The position numbers and the translations under genes are program-made. Positions 48,346 to 59,100 of a stretch of 64,000 nucleotides of DNA are shown piece after piece (within the stretch, counting starts at the first letter, position 1; every line of letters starts with the position of its first letter). The DNA lies in assembly GCA_964570065.1 (NCBI GenBank), contig CAZMVZ010000001.1:41652-105651 (forward strand), read 5' to 3'. Source of the stretch: an uncultured Candidatus Poseidoniales archaeon. Its GTDB lineage: Archaea; Thermoplasmatota; Poseidoniia; Poseidoniales; Thalassarchaeaceae. The notes beneath the pieces were generated by a model that worked only from the letters and a program-made list of their open reading frames with translations, was not told where the DNA came from and did no database searches.

Positions 48346-51300
48346 ATGGCGCGGGAAGAAAAATTGAGGTCATTCTCATTAACAGGACTATTCTTGTTGA
48401 GCATATTACTTTCATTGGCCTTGCCAGCAGGTACTGTTTCCGCATCAAACGAGACAACAACGGGGACAATTACCGGTACTGAGACTTGGGCAGGCGTACA
48501 CACCCTTACCGGAGATGTCACGATAGCCCCCGGTGCAAAATTGATCATTAATCCAGGGGCGACGATTGAGTTCCCCAACGGAACCCATCTGGATGTACGG
48601 GGGAGCCTGTGCGCCGGCGTCTCTTCATGTGGTGCTTCTTCGAACGCTGGGCCTGCAATGAGAATAACCCTGAGGTGGAGTGAACCCCTCAATTCGAGTG
48701 CTATAGGGGAATGCTATGGAATGAGTTCTGGCAACCAAGAAATATGGATAGATGACCCTTCATGCAGCGAGGGCGTGCTAATGAGGAGTTCGATAGATCT
48801 TTCTGAAACAGGCCTCAGATATGTCACATTCGATAGTGCTTGGGGGATTCCTCAGTATGTCTCTGCAGTGGGCGAATTCCGATATGGGGCCCTAGTTCTA
48901 GATGGAGCTAGCCCAACTCTTACCGAACTTTCTTTCAATCAGATAAACACCTCCAGTGTCCTGACAACCAACCTCGCTCAACCAACTTTCAATGGGGGGG
49001 AATTCGTCGTAGGGGCCGATGCGAGTAGGGGCATCGTTGGAGCAGCATTGCAGATTTACTCCTCTGGATCCTCAGTAAGCCCATTCTCTCTGTCTGATAT
49101 TTCACTCACAGGAACTGACAATGGATGCGGTAATAGAGATGGGGGGAGGCACACAATTTGGGCCGAGGACTCATTTATCGAGATAGATAACGCTGAAATC
49201 TCATCAGGAGATTTTGGAATCGGGCTTTGGACATCAGCAGGAAGCGTGACAAACACTCAGATAAATGTGAACTGTAACGGAATCGATCTAAATGGAAAGA
49301 AGGCAGTAGGCGGGACTTCATTCGATTTCGATATCTCTAACAATGAAATTACTACGGCCGACGGAGCAGGAGTTTTTGCATCAGCCGGGGCACTAGTGTA
49401 CTTGGTTGACAACGATATTGGTGGAGCAGCATCTGGTTCCGGAATAGCTGTTTACAATAGCGAGGCCCACATTCACGAAAACGAAATTGGACCAATAGGG
49501 GGCTACTTTGGATTGTGGCTGGGTGGCTCGTACGACGTAATCGCTGAGAATAACTCGATTTTCGACACCACCCTAACCCCAGTGGTTGCTGGGATGTACT
49601 CATACGCCATTCAAGCAGCCTCTAGGCTATACCTAGCAAACAACTCAATCTCCTATGATGGTACTGGGACCTGCAGTAGTGAAACCAATTGGGGGGGAGA
49701 TTTTTCTTGTCCAGTCTTGCATGCATACGTGACAGGCGTAACCATGTATGACAACATCATCACTGCGGGTGGTACAGCCGATGGGATTCGAGCAGTGGGG
49801 TCTCTGTTGGATATTCAGAGGAACTCATTTGATGTGCAAAAGACTGGTGCTGTGATCAAGAACTACGACAGCGGTTATGCCGAATCCCAGCAATTCGGGT
49901 CACTAGCATACTTCTCTGAAAACGACTGGAACCAGGCCGAGACAGTGTACAACGTGACAAAAAGCTCCGTTACTGCCCAGTCAGAGTACATACCCTCACC
50001 TCCCAGCGGGGAATACCCAGTCCGCCTATCATGGCCAGACCAGGAGGCTTGGCCAGACAATGAATTCCAAGGTGCGATTATCCCAACACCAGTAAAGGAC
50101 TGCAACAATTGCCAGAACATGACGCCGAGGAACTTCCCATTGGGTGTCAGCATGGATAACAACTCAACGGTATTTACATTTGCAGATTTGACGAACCTGG
50201 ACTTGTCCAAGGTCAAGATTGCAACACAGCCAACCCACTTCGCAGTACAGGTCAGCAGAGCCGAACTCGTCCGATTCCAGGCACTAATTGGCGGTGAAAA
50301 GGTAAGCGATGCATTGGTCATTGTGGAGGATGCACTCGGTAACGACCTGTATCGTGTAAAAACTGGTGGCGATGGTTTCACTCCATGGGTCGCCCTCCCA
50401 TCTAACTTTCACCTCGACTTCAGAGGACTTGGAGGAGGAGATAACCCGGATGGGTTTGCGGATGATGAGTACGAGGACTCTTGTTCAGACGGGATTGACA
50501 ACGATGGCGATCTTACCATCGACATCGCAGATTCCAGTTGTGATTATTCTGCAGGAACTAGGGAACTATCACTTTACAGATATACTGCCTATAGATTTGG
50601 ATATGGCTACTACTCCGGGCAGTTCACCCTTGAGGAGAACTCGCTCGAGGAGACTGCACACCTTGAGAACGAAGCTCCAACGGTGATAGTTACCGAGAAT
50701 GATGGACACTCATTCAGAAGAGTGGTCAACATCACTGGAAGCGCTCACGACGGGACATTGGCAAACAGTTACCTGACTGACGAGAGGGCCCAGTGGGACC
50801 AAGGTGGCTATGTTCATGCCGTCCAAGTGAGGAACCCATTCACCGGTTCTTGGGAGGATGCCGAATTGGCGATTGATACTAGCGGTGCAGATGAGGGCGA
50901 GGTGACACGCTTCAACAGGCCTTTCAGCTCGTGGTACTACAATATTGACATGACGGGACTCGCAGGTGAAGGCGATTTCACATTCGAATTCAGGGCATTT
51001 GATGGGATAGATCACAGCCCTGTCGTTTCACGAACAATCAAACTCAATACTCAACCCCCCAGCATTTTCGTTACCACACCCAGCTCATTCTCATCTCATG
51101 ATGAGGGTTCGGTAGTCTTCGATGGCTATTCCCAGGATCCCTACGGATGTCCGGACAATTGCAACACCGACATTGGTCTAGTATACATGCAGATTTCGGG
51201 ACCAAATTACCAAGTTACTAGCCCAGTTGAGACTAATTCCGATGGAACTTGGGATTGGGAGTGGGACTTCAGCACCCGGCCCAGGGAACTTACGACTTAC

Positions 51301-52608
51301 ACCTTCACAATTTGGGCATCTGATTCAGATTTTTGTAATGGAGAAGTGGACGAGTGCCAGCCAGTAGTTCTGACCCTAACAATCGATAACAGGAATAGCC
51401 AACCCACAATTAGCGTCAATCAGCCATTTTCAGGAACAAGAATTTCCTCCTCATTGGATACTGCTCTAACCGGGGTGGCTAGGGACTTCGACGGAGGGGT
51501 TACAAGGGTAGATCTGGAAGTAAAGGACGTATCAAATGACTATGTTTCAGTTTTCGAAACCAGCACCAGTGAATTTTCTGAAGATGGAATCTGGGAGATT
51601 GAGTGGGACACGACACAACTTCGTCATGATGCGGAATATCTGCTAAGATTCCGCTCGTATGACGGAATTGACTACAGCAGCTGGACCGAAGTAACCATTG
51701 TGGCCGACAATCCACCAAATGCAGGGAATAATCAACCCGAATTCGATTCATCCGGCTGGCAAAGTGAAATCACTCTTTATTGTGACTCAGAATCAAACTC
51801 TGTCGACAAGTGCACCACAGTGGAGATAGATCTGAAGGAGTTTTTCTCCGACGCAGACAACGACATACAGTTCATCTCCGTTTACAACGACACATCAATC
51901 GACTCGGACGATAGGCACGCTCTTGTCGTCGGTGTCGGAACAGATGGAATTGCTCGTTACGACCCCGCAGACATGTTGTTTTTCGACGATGACATGGAGT
52001 CTTGGACTCTGAATAATGTGATTTTCATCGCCACCGATGCATGGGATTCTCGAATCAACTCAGATCCTGTCAACTTCAGAGTCGTCCCCCTTCAGTTCAC
52101 GATTCAGGAGCCCGAGCAGTCTTGGGTCGAAGAAGATGAAATGGCAATATATTCCGGCATCGGACTTCCCGGTAAGCAAGTTTCTGTTTTGATAGATGGT
52201 AATCCAGTCAACAACACAATTGTCTCTGAAGACGGAACATGGGAGTTGGGTATACCGGCCTCTAGGATTAAGGGAGACTCATCAATACCAAAATTCACTT
52301 ATGCAGGCCAAACCACAGAAGTTAGCGCGATAAGCAAGGGAGAGCCAACGCCTGAATCAACAAACTGGGGAACGATTGGAGCAGTTTCTGTTTTGGCCAT
52401 ACTGTCACTGGCTGCTCTTGCTTACTTCACTGGATTCATAGGAATTGAGATTGATGAAGAAGATGAGTACAAGACCCCTGCCCAAATACCGAAGAACTAC
52501 GGTGACGAGGAAGAAGAGAGTTCTCTGGAGAGGTATGATGACCACCCCGGTTGGCTTTGGGATGCAGCTTCCGAGGAATGGGTCCCAGATCCGGATTTCG
52601 AAGAATAA
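48346..52608 (+). CDS. Large surface protein: right-handed beta-helix region, Ig-like domains and C-terminal TM
   Basis: Signal peptide; GTETW..LTGDVTIAPGAKLIINPG; repeated xxNxI beta-helix pattern; Ig-like FRAFDG/FRSYDG modules; TM followed by an acidic tail with GWLWD..EEWVPDP. Confidence 0.78.
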   Translation: MAREEKLRSFSLTGLFLLSILLSLALPAGTVSASNETTTGTITGTETWAGVHTLTGDVTIAPGAKLIINPGATIEFPNGTHLDVRGSLCAGVSSCGASSNAGPAMRITLRWSEPLNSSAIGECYGMSSGNQEIWIDDPSCSEGVLMRSSIDLSETGLRYVTFDSAWGIPQYVSAVGEFRYGALVLDGASPTLTELSFNQINTSSVLTTNLAQPTFNGGEFVVGADASRGIVGAALQIYSSGSSVSPFSLSDISLTGTDNGCGNRDGGRHTIWAEDSFIEIDNAEISSGDFGIGLWTSAGSVTNTQINVNCNGIDLNGKKAVGGTSFDFDISNNEITTADGAGVFASAGALVYLVDNDIGGAASGSGIAVYNSEAHIHENEIGPIGGYFGLWLGGSYDVIAENNSIFDTTLTPVVAGMYSYAIQAASRLYLANNSISYDGTGTCSSETNWGGDFSCPVLHAYVTGVTMYDNIITAGGTADGIRAVGSLLDIQRNSFDVQKTGAVIKNYDSGYAESQQFGSLAYFSENDWNQAETVYNVTKSSVTAQSEYIPSPPSGEYPVRLSWPDQEAWPDNEFQGAIIPTPVKDCNNCQNMTPRNFPLGVSMDNNSTVFTFADLTNLDLSKVKIATQPTHFAVQVSRAELVRFQALIGGEKVSDALVIVEDALGNDLYRVKTGGDGFTPWVALPSNFHLDFRGLGGGDNPDGFADDEYEDSCSDGIDNDGDLTIDIADSSCDYSAGTRELSLYRYTAYRFGYGYYSGQFTLEENSLEETAHLENEAPTVIVTENDGHSFRRVVNITGSAHDGTLANSYLTDERAQWDQGGYVHAVQVRNPFTGSWEDAELAIDTSGADEGEVTRFNRPFSSWYYNIDMTGLAGEGDFTFEFRAFDGIDHSPVVSRTIKLNTQPPSIFVTTPSSFSSHDEGSVVFDGYSQDPYGCPDNCNTDIGLVYMQISGPNYQVTSPVETNSDGTWDWEWDFSTRPRELTTYTFTIWASDSDFCNGEVDECQPVVLTLTIDNRNSQPTISVNQPFSGTRISSSLDTALTGVARDFDGGVTRVDLEVKDVSNDYVSVFETSTSEFSEDGIWEIEWDTTQLRHDAEYLLRFRSYDGIDYSSWTEVTIVADNPPNAGNNQPEFDSSGWQSEITLYCDSESNSVDKCTTVEIDLKEFFSDADNDIQFISVYNDTSIDSDDRHALVVGVGTDGIARYDPADMLFFDDDMESWTLNNVIFIATDAWDSRINSDPVNFRVVPLQFTIQEPEQSWVEEDEMAIYSGIGLPGKQVSVLIDGNPVNNTIVSEDGTWELGIPASRIKGDSSIPKFTYAGQTTEVSAISKGEPTPESTNWGTIGAVSVLAILSLAALAYFTGFIGIEIDEEDEYKTPAQIPKNYGDEEEESSLERYDDHPGWLWDAASEEWVPDPDFEE

Positions 52609-52663
52609 TGTAGATTCCAAGTTCTACTAACATTTGTATATTGAGTGAGATAGTGTTGAGTAT

Positions 52664-55192
52664 ATGGCAACGAGTGCTTCATCACGTCCAGGAGTTCAGG
52701 AGAGGATTTTCCTTCACCTTAGTGACTACGTAGACCATAGTGACAAGGTCGAAGTCCCATTTGCATTGTCCCAGATGGGGATAGCCAACGCTGTGTCAAT
52801 CGCTCGCTCTAATGTGCCTCGTGCAATTTCTGGAATGAAGGAGGAAGGACATCTGATCGAAAGACAGGCACATGTAACTGGGGTATCTCGGAAAAGGAAG
52901 GCATACTTCCTCACTGATGAGGGAGCCAAGGTTGCAGACGAGATATGGGCAAGGGTTTCAGAGACAAATGTCAGGGTAGTCTTCTCCGACGGTCGTTCTG
53001 AGAATACATCCCTGGCCGAAGCAATCGAGTCCTCAGTCCTACCTCTAAGGCATGTCGATATGCTGAGATATATGGATGATTCCGGCACTATCGACCTATC
53101 GGGACTGACTCCCGAGTTGGTCGAGAGAGATCTATCGAAACACATTGAGAAGCAGTTAGTTTCGTATCTGAACGACCTTCCAAGAACAAGAAGATTCTAT
53201 GGGAGGGAAAAGGAACTAGATGTGATGGCAAATCTCCTGGAAGCCAATTCCGCTTCTATCCTTGTTCCAGGAATAGCCGGAATCGGAAAGACCTCTCTTT
53301 CGACAAAAATACTCGACAGATTCACTCACAGGAGAAATCTGCTCTATCATCGGTGCCAGGATTGGGAGGGTTCCCGAGCATTCCTCGAGGCATGCGCAGA
53401 ATGGCTCTCTGCGGTGGGAAATAACGACCTTTCTGACTATCTTGCGTCATCACCAGTACCACAAACGAACATGGCCGTCAATCTAATCGCTGACGGTTTG
53501 TCTGAAGCTCCATCTTTGATAGTAATAGACGATCTGCATAAGGTTGGTGATGAAACCCTTTACTCCATTCTCAGGGAACTTACTCTTAGGATAAACACAC
53601 TGAAGGAAGTTGGGCTAGTAATGTTCTCGCGTTCCTTCAGGATGGTAGTCCCAGAATCTGACCAGTCGGGGAATATCGTAACCCTAGTAATGCCCCTTCA
53701 AGGATTGGATGCCGAGTCAAGTAGGCAGATTCTGACAGCAATGCCAAAAATGGATTCGGACCAGTTCACTCACATATATTCTCTATCTAGGGGCCACCCA
53801 CTGATTCTAGAGTTGATCAATAGAGGAAATGTGGCTGAGACATTCCATGCCACACTGGAGGCCTTCGTTGAAAAGGAGATTTTCAGTAGACTCTCAGGTC
53901 CTGAGAAACGCCTACTAGGTGCCATTGCAGTTTTCCGTGAGCCCATTCCAGTACAGGCAATCCATCAAGCAGAGGGAAGCGTAGACCTACTGGATGACTT
54001 AGTCGAGAAGGGCTTGGCACGACAATCTGATGCTGAGAATTTTGATGTTCACGATCTCGTCCGTGAATTCTTGTTAAGATCGATGGACAAGGAAATGAAG
54101 AACTCCTTACATTCCTCGGCTGTGAATTGGTACAGGGAAAAGAAGGATGATGCTGCAGATCGTATTGAGTTTATCTACCACCTTAGCCATACAGGAGACG
54201 AGGATGGCATTGCCGAGGTCCTAGTTTCGGAGGGCCATGGATTGGTTAGCACCGGTCACACCGAATTACTAAGTATTCTAAATTCTCTCGAAAGCAGTGA
54301 TTTTGATTCCAGTAGCAGAGGCCTAATTAGGGAACTAAAGGGTGATATTCTGACTATCCAAGGTAGGTGGGATGAAGCCGAAGAAGAATACGATGCCGCA
54401 ACAAAACACATTGGCGGAGGTACCCCGGGCCACGAACTTGCCCGCCTGCTTTCAGCAAGGGCAGATATTGCGGTAAAGAGGGGAGCAATGGACGATGCCC
54501 TCGAACTACACCGAAAAGCCCTGGAGATCCAGATAGGCATTAGGGATGCTGTCGGAGCAGCAAGAAGCTACAACAATATGGGGCATATATTCCGTCGAAG
54601 GAGGGACACTCGTAGAGCACTAGAGGTGTATGGGAATGTCGAGAATCTTCTGGAAAAGGAGAAAGACCCAGATCTGAATGACGCTAGAATAAGGCTTGCA
54701 TCGGCCTTCATAGAAATGGGGGAGTTAGACAGGGCAAGGGAGCACGCTCTTTCTGCTTATGAGAATACTAAGGATTCAAACCAAGATTTCACCCATGCTA
54801 GATCAAGAGCAGTCCTAGGGAGGTACTATGCCAAGATCTCAGATAACGACCTTGCACTTTTCCACTACTCCGGGGCCCTGGATACTCTCTCCGACCAAAA
54901 CGACCCCCAAAGTACAGTGGAGGTCGAGATGCTGCTAGGACAGGTGCTAATTGATGCAGGTCGTAGGGAGGAGGCTGCAGAGCACTATCTCAATGGCCTA
55001 GCAGTCGCTGAATCAAACGACTTCCGCATGCTTCAAGGTGAATTACTAGCAAGGCTAGGTGAGGTGGAGTCCGATCGCTCCCAGAGGATGGATTATCTTC
55101 AGAGGTCCCTTTCTCTATTCAGAGACCTAGGCGCTGTAGGGAGGATGAAAGAAGTACAGAATTCAGTCCACAGAGCGGTGATGGGGAGATAG
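52664..55192 (+). CDS. wHTH-STAND NTPase (NB-ARC-like)-TPR protein
   Basis: N-terminal LSQMGIANAVSIARSNVPRAI HTH; FYGREKEL; Walker A GIAGIGKT; Walker B LIVIDD; GHPL; VHDLVREF; C-terminal TPRs (ARSYNNMGHIF). Confidence 0.85.
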   Translation: MATSASSRPGVQERIFLHLSDYVDHSDKVEVPFALSQMGIANAVSIARSNVPRAISGMKEEGHLIERQAHVTGVSRKRKAYFLTDEGAKVADEIWARVSETNVRVVFSDGRSENTSLAEAIESSVLPLRHVDMLRYMDDSGTIDLSGLTPELVERDLSKHIEKQLVSYLNDLPRTRRFYGREKELDVMANLLEANSASILVPGIAGIGKTSLSTKILDRFTHRRNLLYHRCQDWEGSRAFLEACAEWLSAVGNNDLSDYLASSPVPQTNMAVNLIADGLSEAPSLIVIDDLHKVGDETLYSILRELTLRINTLKEVGLVMFSRSFRMVVPESDQSGNIVTLVMPLQGLDAESSRQILTAMPKMDSDQFTHIYSLSRGHPLILELINRGNVAETFHATLEAFVEKEIFSRLSGPEKRLLGAIAVFREPIPVQAIHQAEGSVDLLDDLVEKGLARQSDAENFDVHDLVREFLLRSMDKEMKNSLHSSAVNWYREKKDDAADRIEFIYHLSHTGDEDGIAEVLVSEGHGLVSTGHTELLSILNSLESSDFDSSSRGLIRELKGDILTIQGRWDEAEEEYDAATKHIGGGTPGHELARLLSARADIAVKRGAMDDALELHRKALEIQIGIRDAVGAARSYNNMGHIFRRRRDTRRALEVYGNVENLLEKEKDPDLNDARIRLASAFIEMGELDRAREHALSAYENTKDSNQDFTHARSRAVLGRYYAKISDNDLALFHYSGALDTLSDQNDPQSTVEVEMLLGQVLIDAGRREEAAEHYLNGLAVAESNDFRMLQGELLARLGEVESDRSQRMDYLQRSLSLFRDLGAVGRMKEVQNSVHRAVMGR

Positions 55193-55999
55193 TCACGCCG
55201 CTACAATGCTATTCGGCTCAGACTGTCCAGTCCAATAACTAAATTCGGGACCAAGTTGCTTAGAAATAGAGATATTTCCAGCAAACTCATCGCCAATTGC
55301 CATCAGAACCTCGCTCTCAGCCAAATGGGGTGCGTTATTCTTCTCTGAAAGGTGACAAAGGACAATACTCTCCAAATCGTCGTGTAAAACTTCCAGTAGT
55401 ATCTCTCCAGCTTGCCTATTTGAAAGGTGCCCACCTCTTCCTGAAATCCTCCTCTTCAGAGAGTCGGGATAAGGCCCTCCAACTAATCTTTGATGGTCGT
55501 AGTTTGATTCAATAGAAATGTGGTTGCAACCAGATAAATGTTTGATTAGGTCTTGCGGTGCTTCTCCCAAATCTGTAACAATTGCAGCCCGACCCCCATT
55601 CCTATCACTGGCAATTAGCGCCACATTATCTGCATCATCATGAGGTACGGGGACCGGCAGCATACTCAGCTCTGATGAGAACTGAACCCTCTCTAGATTA
55701 CCAAATGTCATACACTCTTCCACTAAATCCCAACCCATTTTCGATGCAGTTCCTAGATTACAGTGTAGTCTGGAATCCCACTTCTTTGAGGCCCTAAGTG
55801 CCGAACAAGAGTGATCCTTGTGATGATGAGTAACCACAATAGAATCAATAGAACTCGGCTCAAATCCTGCTATGCCAAGTCTCTTTTCTGTCTGTTTGAG
55901 ACTGAAACCACAATCGACTAGGACATTACAGTCCCCAGAACTGACAATAGTCGCATTTCCACGACTGCCAGAACCCAAGTGAGTAATCCCAATCCCCAT
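55193..55999 (-). CDS. MBL-fold metallo-hydrolase (YycJ/WalJ/PhnP-like)
   Basis: LGSGSRGN, LVDCG, THHHKDH, VPHDD, TDLG, IESNYD, GHLSN, LCHLSEKNN. Confidence 0.9.
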   Translation of the reverse strand: MGIGITHLGSGSRGNATIVSSGDCNVLVDCGFSLKQTEKRLGIAGFEPSSIDSIVVTHHHKDHSCSALRASKKWDSRLHCNLGTASKMGWDLVEECMTFGNLERVQFSSELSMLPVPVPHDDADNVALIASDRNGGRAAIVTDLGEAPQDLIKHLSGCNHISIESNYDHQRLVGGPYPDSLKRRISGRGGHLSNRQAGEILLEVLHDDLESIVLCHLSEKNNAPHLAESEVLMAIGDEFAGNISISKQLGPEFSYWTGQSEPNSIVAA

Positions 56000-56104
56000 T
56001 GATTCACGTGCGGTTACAGACGACCTTTCAACAAATCCATGCCCATAGGCCAATTATTGCTATTTTCAAACATCAGAAACCATTCTAGGCCCTTCTAATG
56101 ACAT

Positions 56105-56137
56105 ATGTCCGAACGACGCTCCATCATCATGATAAAT
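56105..56137 (+). promoter_or_regulatory. Second copy of the shared upstream element, ATGTCCGAACGACGCTCCAT, followed by a TATA-like GATAAAT
   Basis: 19/20 identical to 18040-18059. Confidence 0.6.
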
Positions 56138-56171
56138 CTCTGAACCCGGGATTTTGCATAGAGGTGGGCGG

Positions 56172-59100
56172 ATGCGTAGGAAGCAAACAGCTTTACTAGT
56201 CACAATGTTGATTTTTTCTAGCCTCGCATTCGTCTCTCAGACTCGTCCACAATCTCCCGTATCCTCCACAGATCCAAATATGGCCGAGGGTGCAGAATCT
56301 CCGGTTACCGACCAAGACGGAGACTTAATGCCCGATCTATTTGAGGTAATTTTTGGAGAATCTGTAGAAATTGAGACTGCAACATTCCAGGGCACCATAC
56401 CCGGCCTCAATCCATCCGATTCTACTGATAATTCAACCGATTACGACAGGGATGGATTAACTGCCCTGCAAGAATACTGCTGGCCTTATACTTTGGATAA
56501 CTGCTTCGAAGAACGCAATACACTAACGGGAAAATCTCCAGAGGAAAGCGAATCTGGATTGAGAGAGTATCTTGACCCCAGATCTTCGGATACCGATGGC
56601 GATGGCTTGCCTGATGGATACGAAGTACACATGTGCACTTTGGGTGGCCTATACAAAAAAGATCCAAATGACCCTTTGAATCCAAACAATTTCTGGGAAT
56701 GCCGATATTTCGATCCACTCGATCCTAGCGATATCAATATCGATTTTGACAGGTGTGAGGCGGACTTCAGTTGGGGTTGCGGGGATGGATTCGATTTCAA
56801 TAGTGATGGGAACATTGACCTTGGAGAAATGTTCACCAATGTGGAGGAATACTCACTGGGAATTCCTGATGACTGGATTACCGAGAGGGACGGACTCTGG
56901 TGCTGGGGTTCAATTCAAGGACTCTCTGAAGACTCGTGTCAGACCCAGTTTGAGAGGCCAACTGGAGAATCAGGATGGATGGGATCTGACCCTAGATTCT
57001 CCGACTCAGACTACTTCTACTGGGATGAAATAGCCCCTGCTCCATTAGATGTATTGGGAGATGGAATTCCTGATGGTTGGGAGGCCCAATATGGGCTGGA
57101 TCCTTTGAATTCCAGCGATGCGATAATTGACAGCGATTTAGATGGATGGGACAAAGACAAGGACGGTTTCATTACGGAGGATGTAACTATAGGGACATCC
57201 CAGTGGGGCGAGTCATTCAGTAATTTCGAAGAGTACTCAGTGGACTTCGATGAAAACTCAGGAGTTATTCCTGGAGTGAGGGGAATTGAGATTTCTTCCG
57301 ATTCCAATAACCTGATTAATTTCGATCATTCAACCGCAATAAGGCTAGTCGACTCTGCCGTACATAGTATAATTTCAGACCAATCAAGAGAGAGGTTGTT
57401 GGTTGGAAGTAAATATGGGATTACGGCATTAGATCCATTCAGAGGAATTTCGACGTCATTTGAATTCCCCCCGGGAATTGAATTACACACAATGGAAAGG
57501 AACTCAGTAGGAAACATAGATTTCCTGATGTTGGGGTCAAATTTGGGCCTACACACGGTAATTCTAGAAAACGGACTCCCAGTTATGGATTCTCTAACTA
57601 CTCATGAACTGGGAGAAGCAACTGTTCTATTTCGACTCGCCTCTGACTCATTTGATCCAGGAATCCTGATTATGGGCAAGGATGGAGTCTGGCGGACGAC
57701 ATTCTCTGAGGATGAACAATCTCTTTCCACTTCTGAAATGATTTTCGTAGAGTCGCTCTCATCAATGCTAAGAAAGTCAAACGCGACAGCAACTTCTGCA
57801 GGGCATGCCAAGATTTTTGGAAGAACACCAATTCTACTAATAGGGACAGATTTCGGCCTAATTGCCTGGAATTCTACAGATGGCTCTGACAACAATGGGA
57901 TGCCATGGTGGGTTTTCACAAGAAATAATGCCGATGAATTCGTTAGCCCAGATATCCTGGACACCACTAAGACTGCAACTGTCAATTCCATAATGGTAGA
58001 AATTTCTGAACAGGGCTCTGACGATGTGTGGTTGGGGATGGGAGGGGGACTCCATCTAATCACAATGGACCTATTTATTTCCCAACCGAAGGAGGCTATC
58101 GGCAACGAGAGAATGCTCAATCTAGAGGGTCTACTAACTGGTGCTAATGATATTCGCTCTATCCTTCCTCTTGAGGGGATGATCGTTCTAGGTTCTTCAG
58201 ACGGAACTTGGTGTCTAGAAGGGAGTTCGGATGGAATTCTGGATATCCGTCAGAACCAGACAGATATCCCCGGTCTGGTTACCTCACTCACTACTCTGGA
58301 AAGAGAAGGTCAAATCTGGGTTTTCGCCGGCGTCTCACCTGGACGATTCATGAATATAGCTCCGATGAACCCACATTCCCATGATTCTGACCTTGATGGG
58401 ATTCCTGACGGTTGGGAGTTCGCATACGGTCTCGACCCAACGGATCCATTTGACGCCTCTAGAGATCATGATGCCGACGGAGTCTCCATCGGCGGTGGCA
58501 GCGGTCCTGGATTCGACAGATTGTGGACTAACTTGGAGGAGTATAGGTTCGTCACTCCCTCGAATTTTGGACAAAACGGAACCGACCCCAGAATTGCAGA
58601 CTCGGACGGAGACGGATTAACTGATGGCGAGGAGTACTGGGGTTGGTTCGTTGACTCAACATCATTCGAGTGCTACTACCTCAATCAGAATTATCTGTGC
58701 GATTCCGGCGTTGGTACATCTGCAGAGGAAGTTCACCTCGGTGGATGGACCGGAACAGGTTCGAGTGGCGGCAGTGATCTACCGACCGATCCGACGAACC
58801 CAGACTCAGATGGAGATGGTATGCCCGATGGATGGGAAATCAAACATCGTCGATGGATTGGAGACATCTACACCGGGGGTAATGAATGGACATTGGACCC
58901 CAATAATCCCAACGATGCTTATGGTGATGCCGATGGAGACGGACTAACCAATCTATGCGAGTATGAGTGGGAAAGACTGCTCGATAGGTCAATTTCCACC
59001 GGTATCATCTCTCATGGTGAATCTCCTGATTCAGTGCAAAATTGGACCCCAACCGATCCAAATTCTGTAGATTCAGATTCGGACTCACTGCCCGATGGTT

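Noticed and set aside
47643..48692. 349-aa minus-strand ORF across the subtilase and the next gene
   Set aside because: Antisense to two well-supported genes; no recognisable features
52664..55999. Avs1-like antiviral system (STAND plus MBL)
   Set aside because: The genes are convergent, the MBL is a YycJ-like housekeeping type, and the STAND protein has an HTH rather than a protease or nuclease effector
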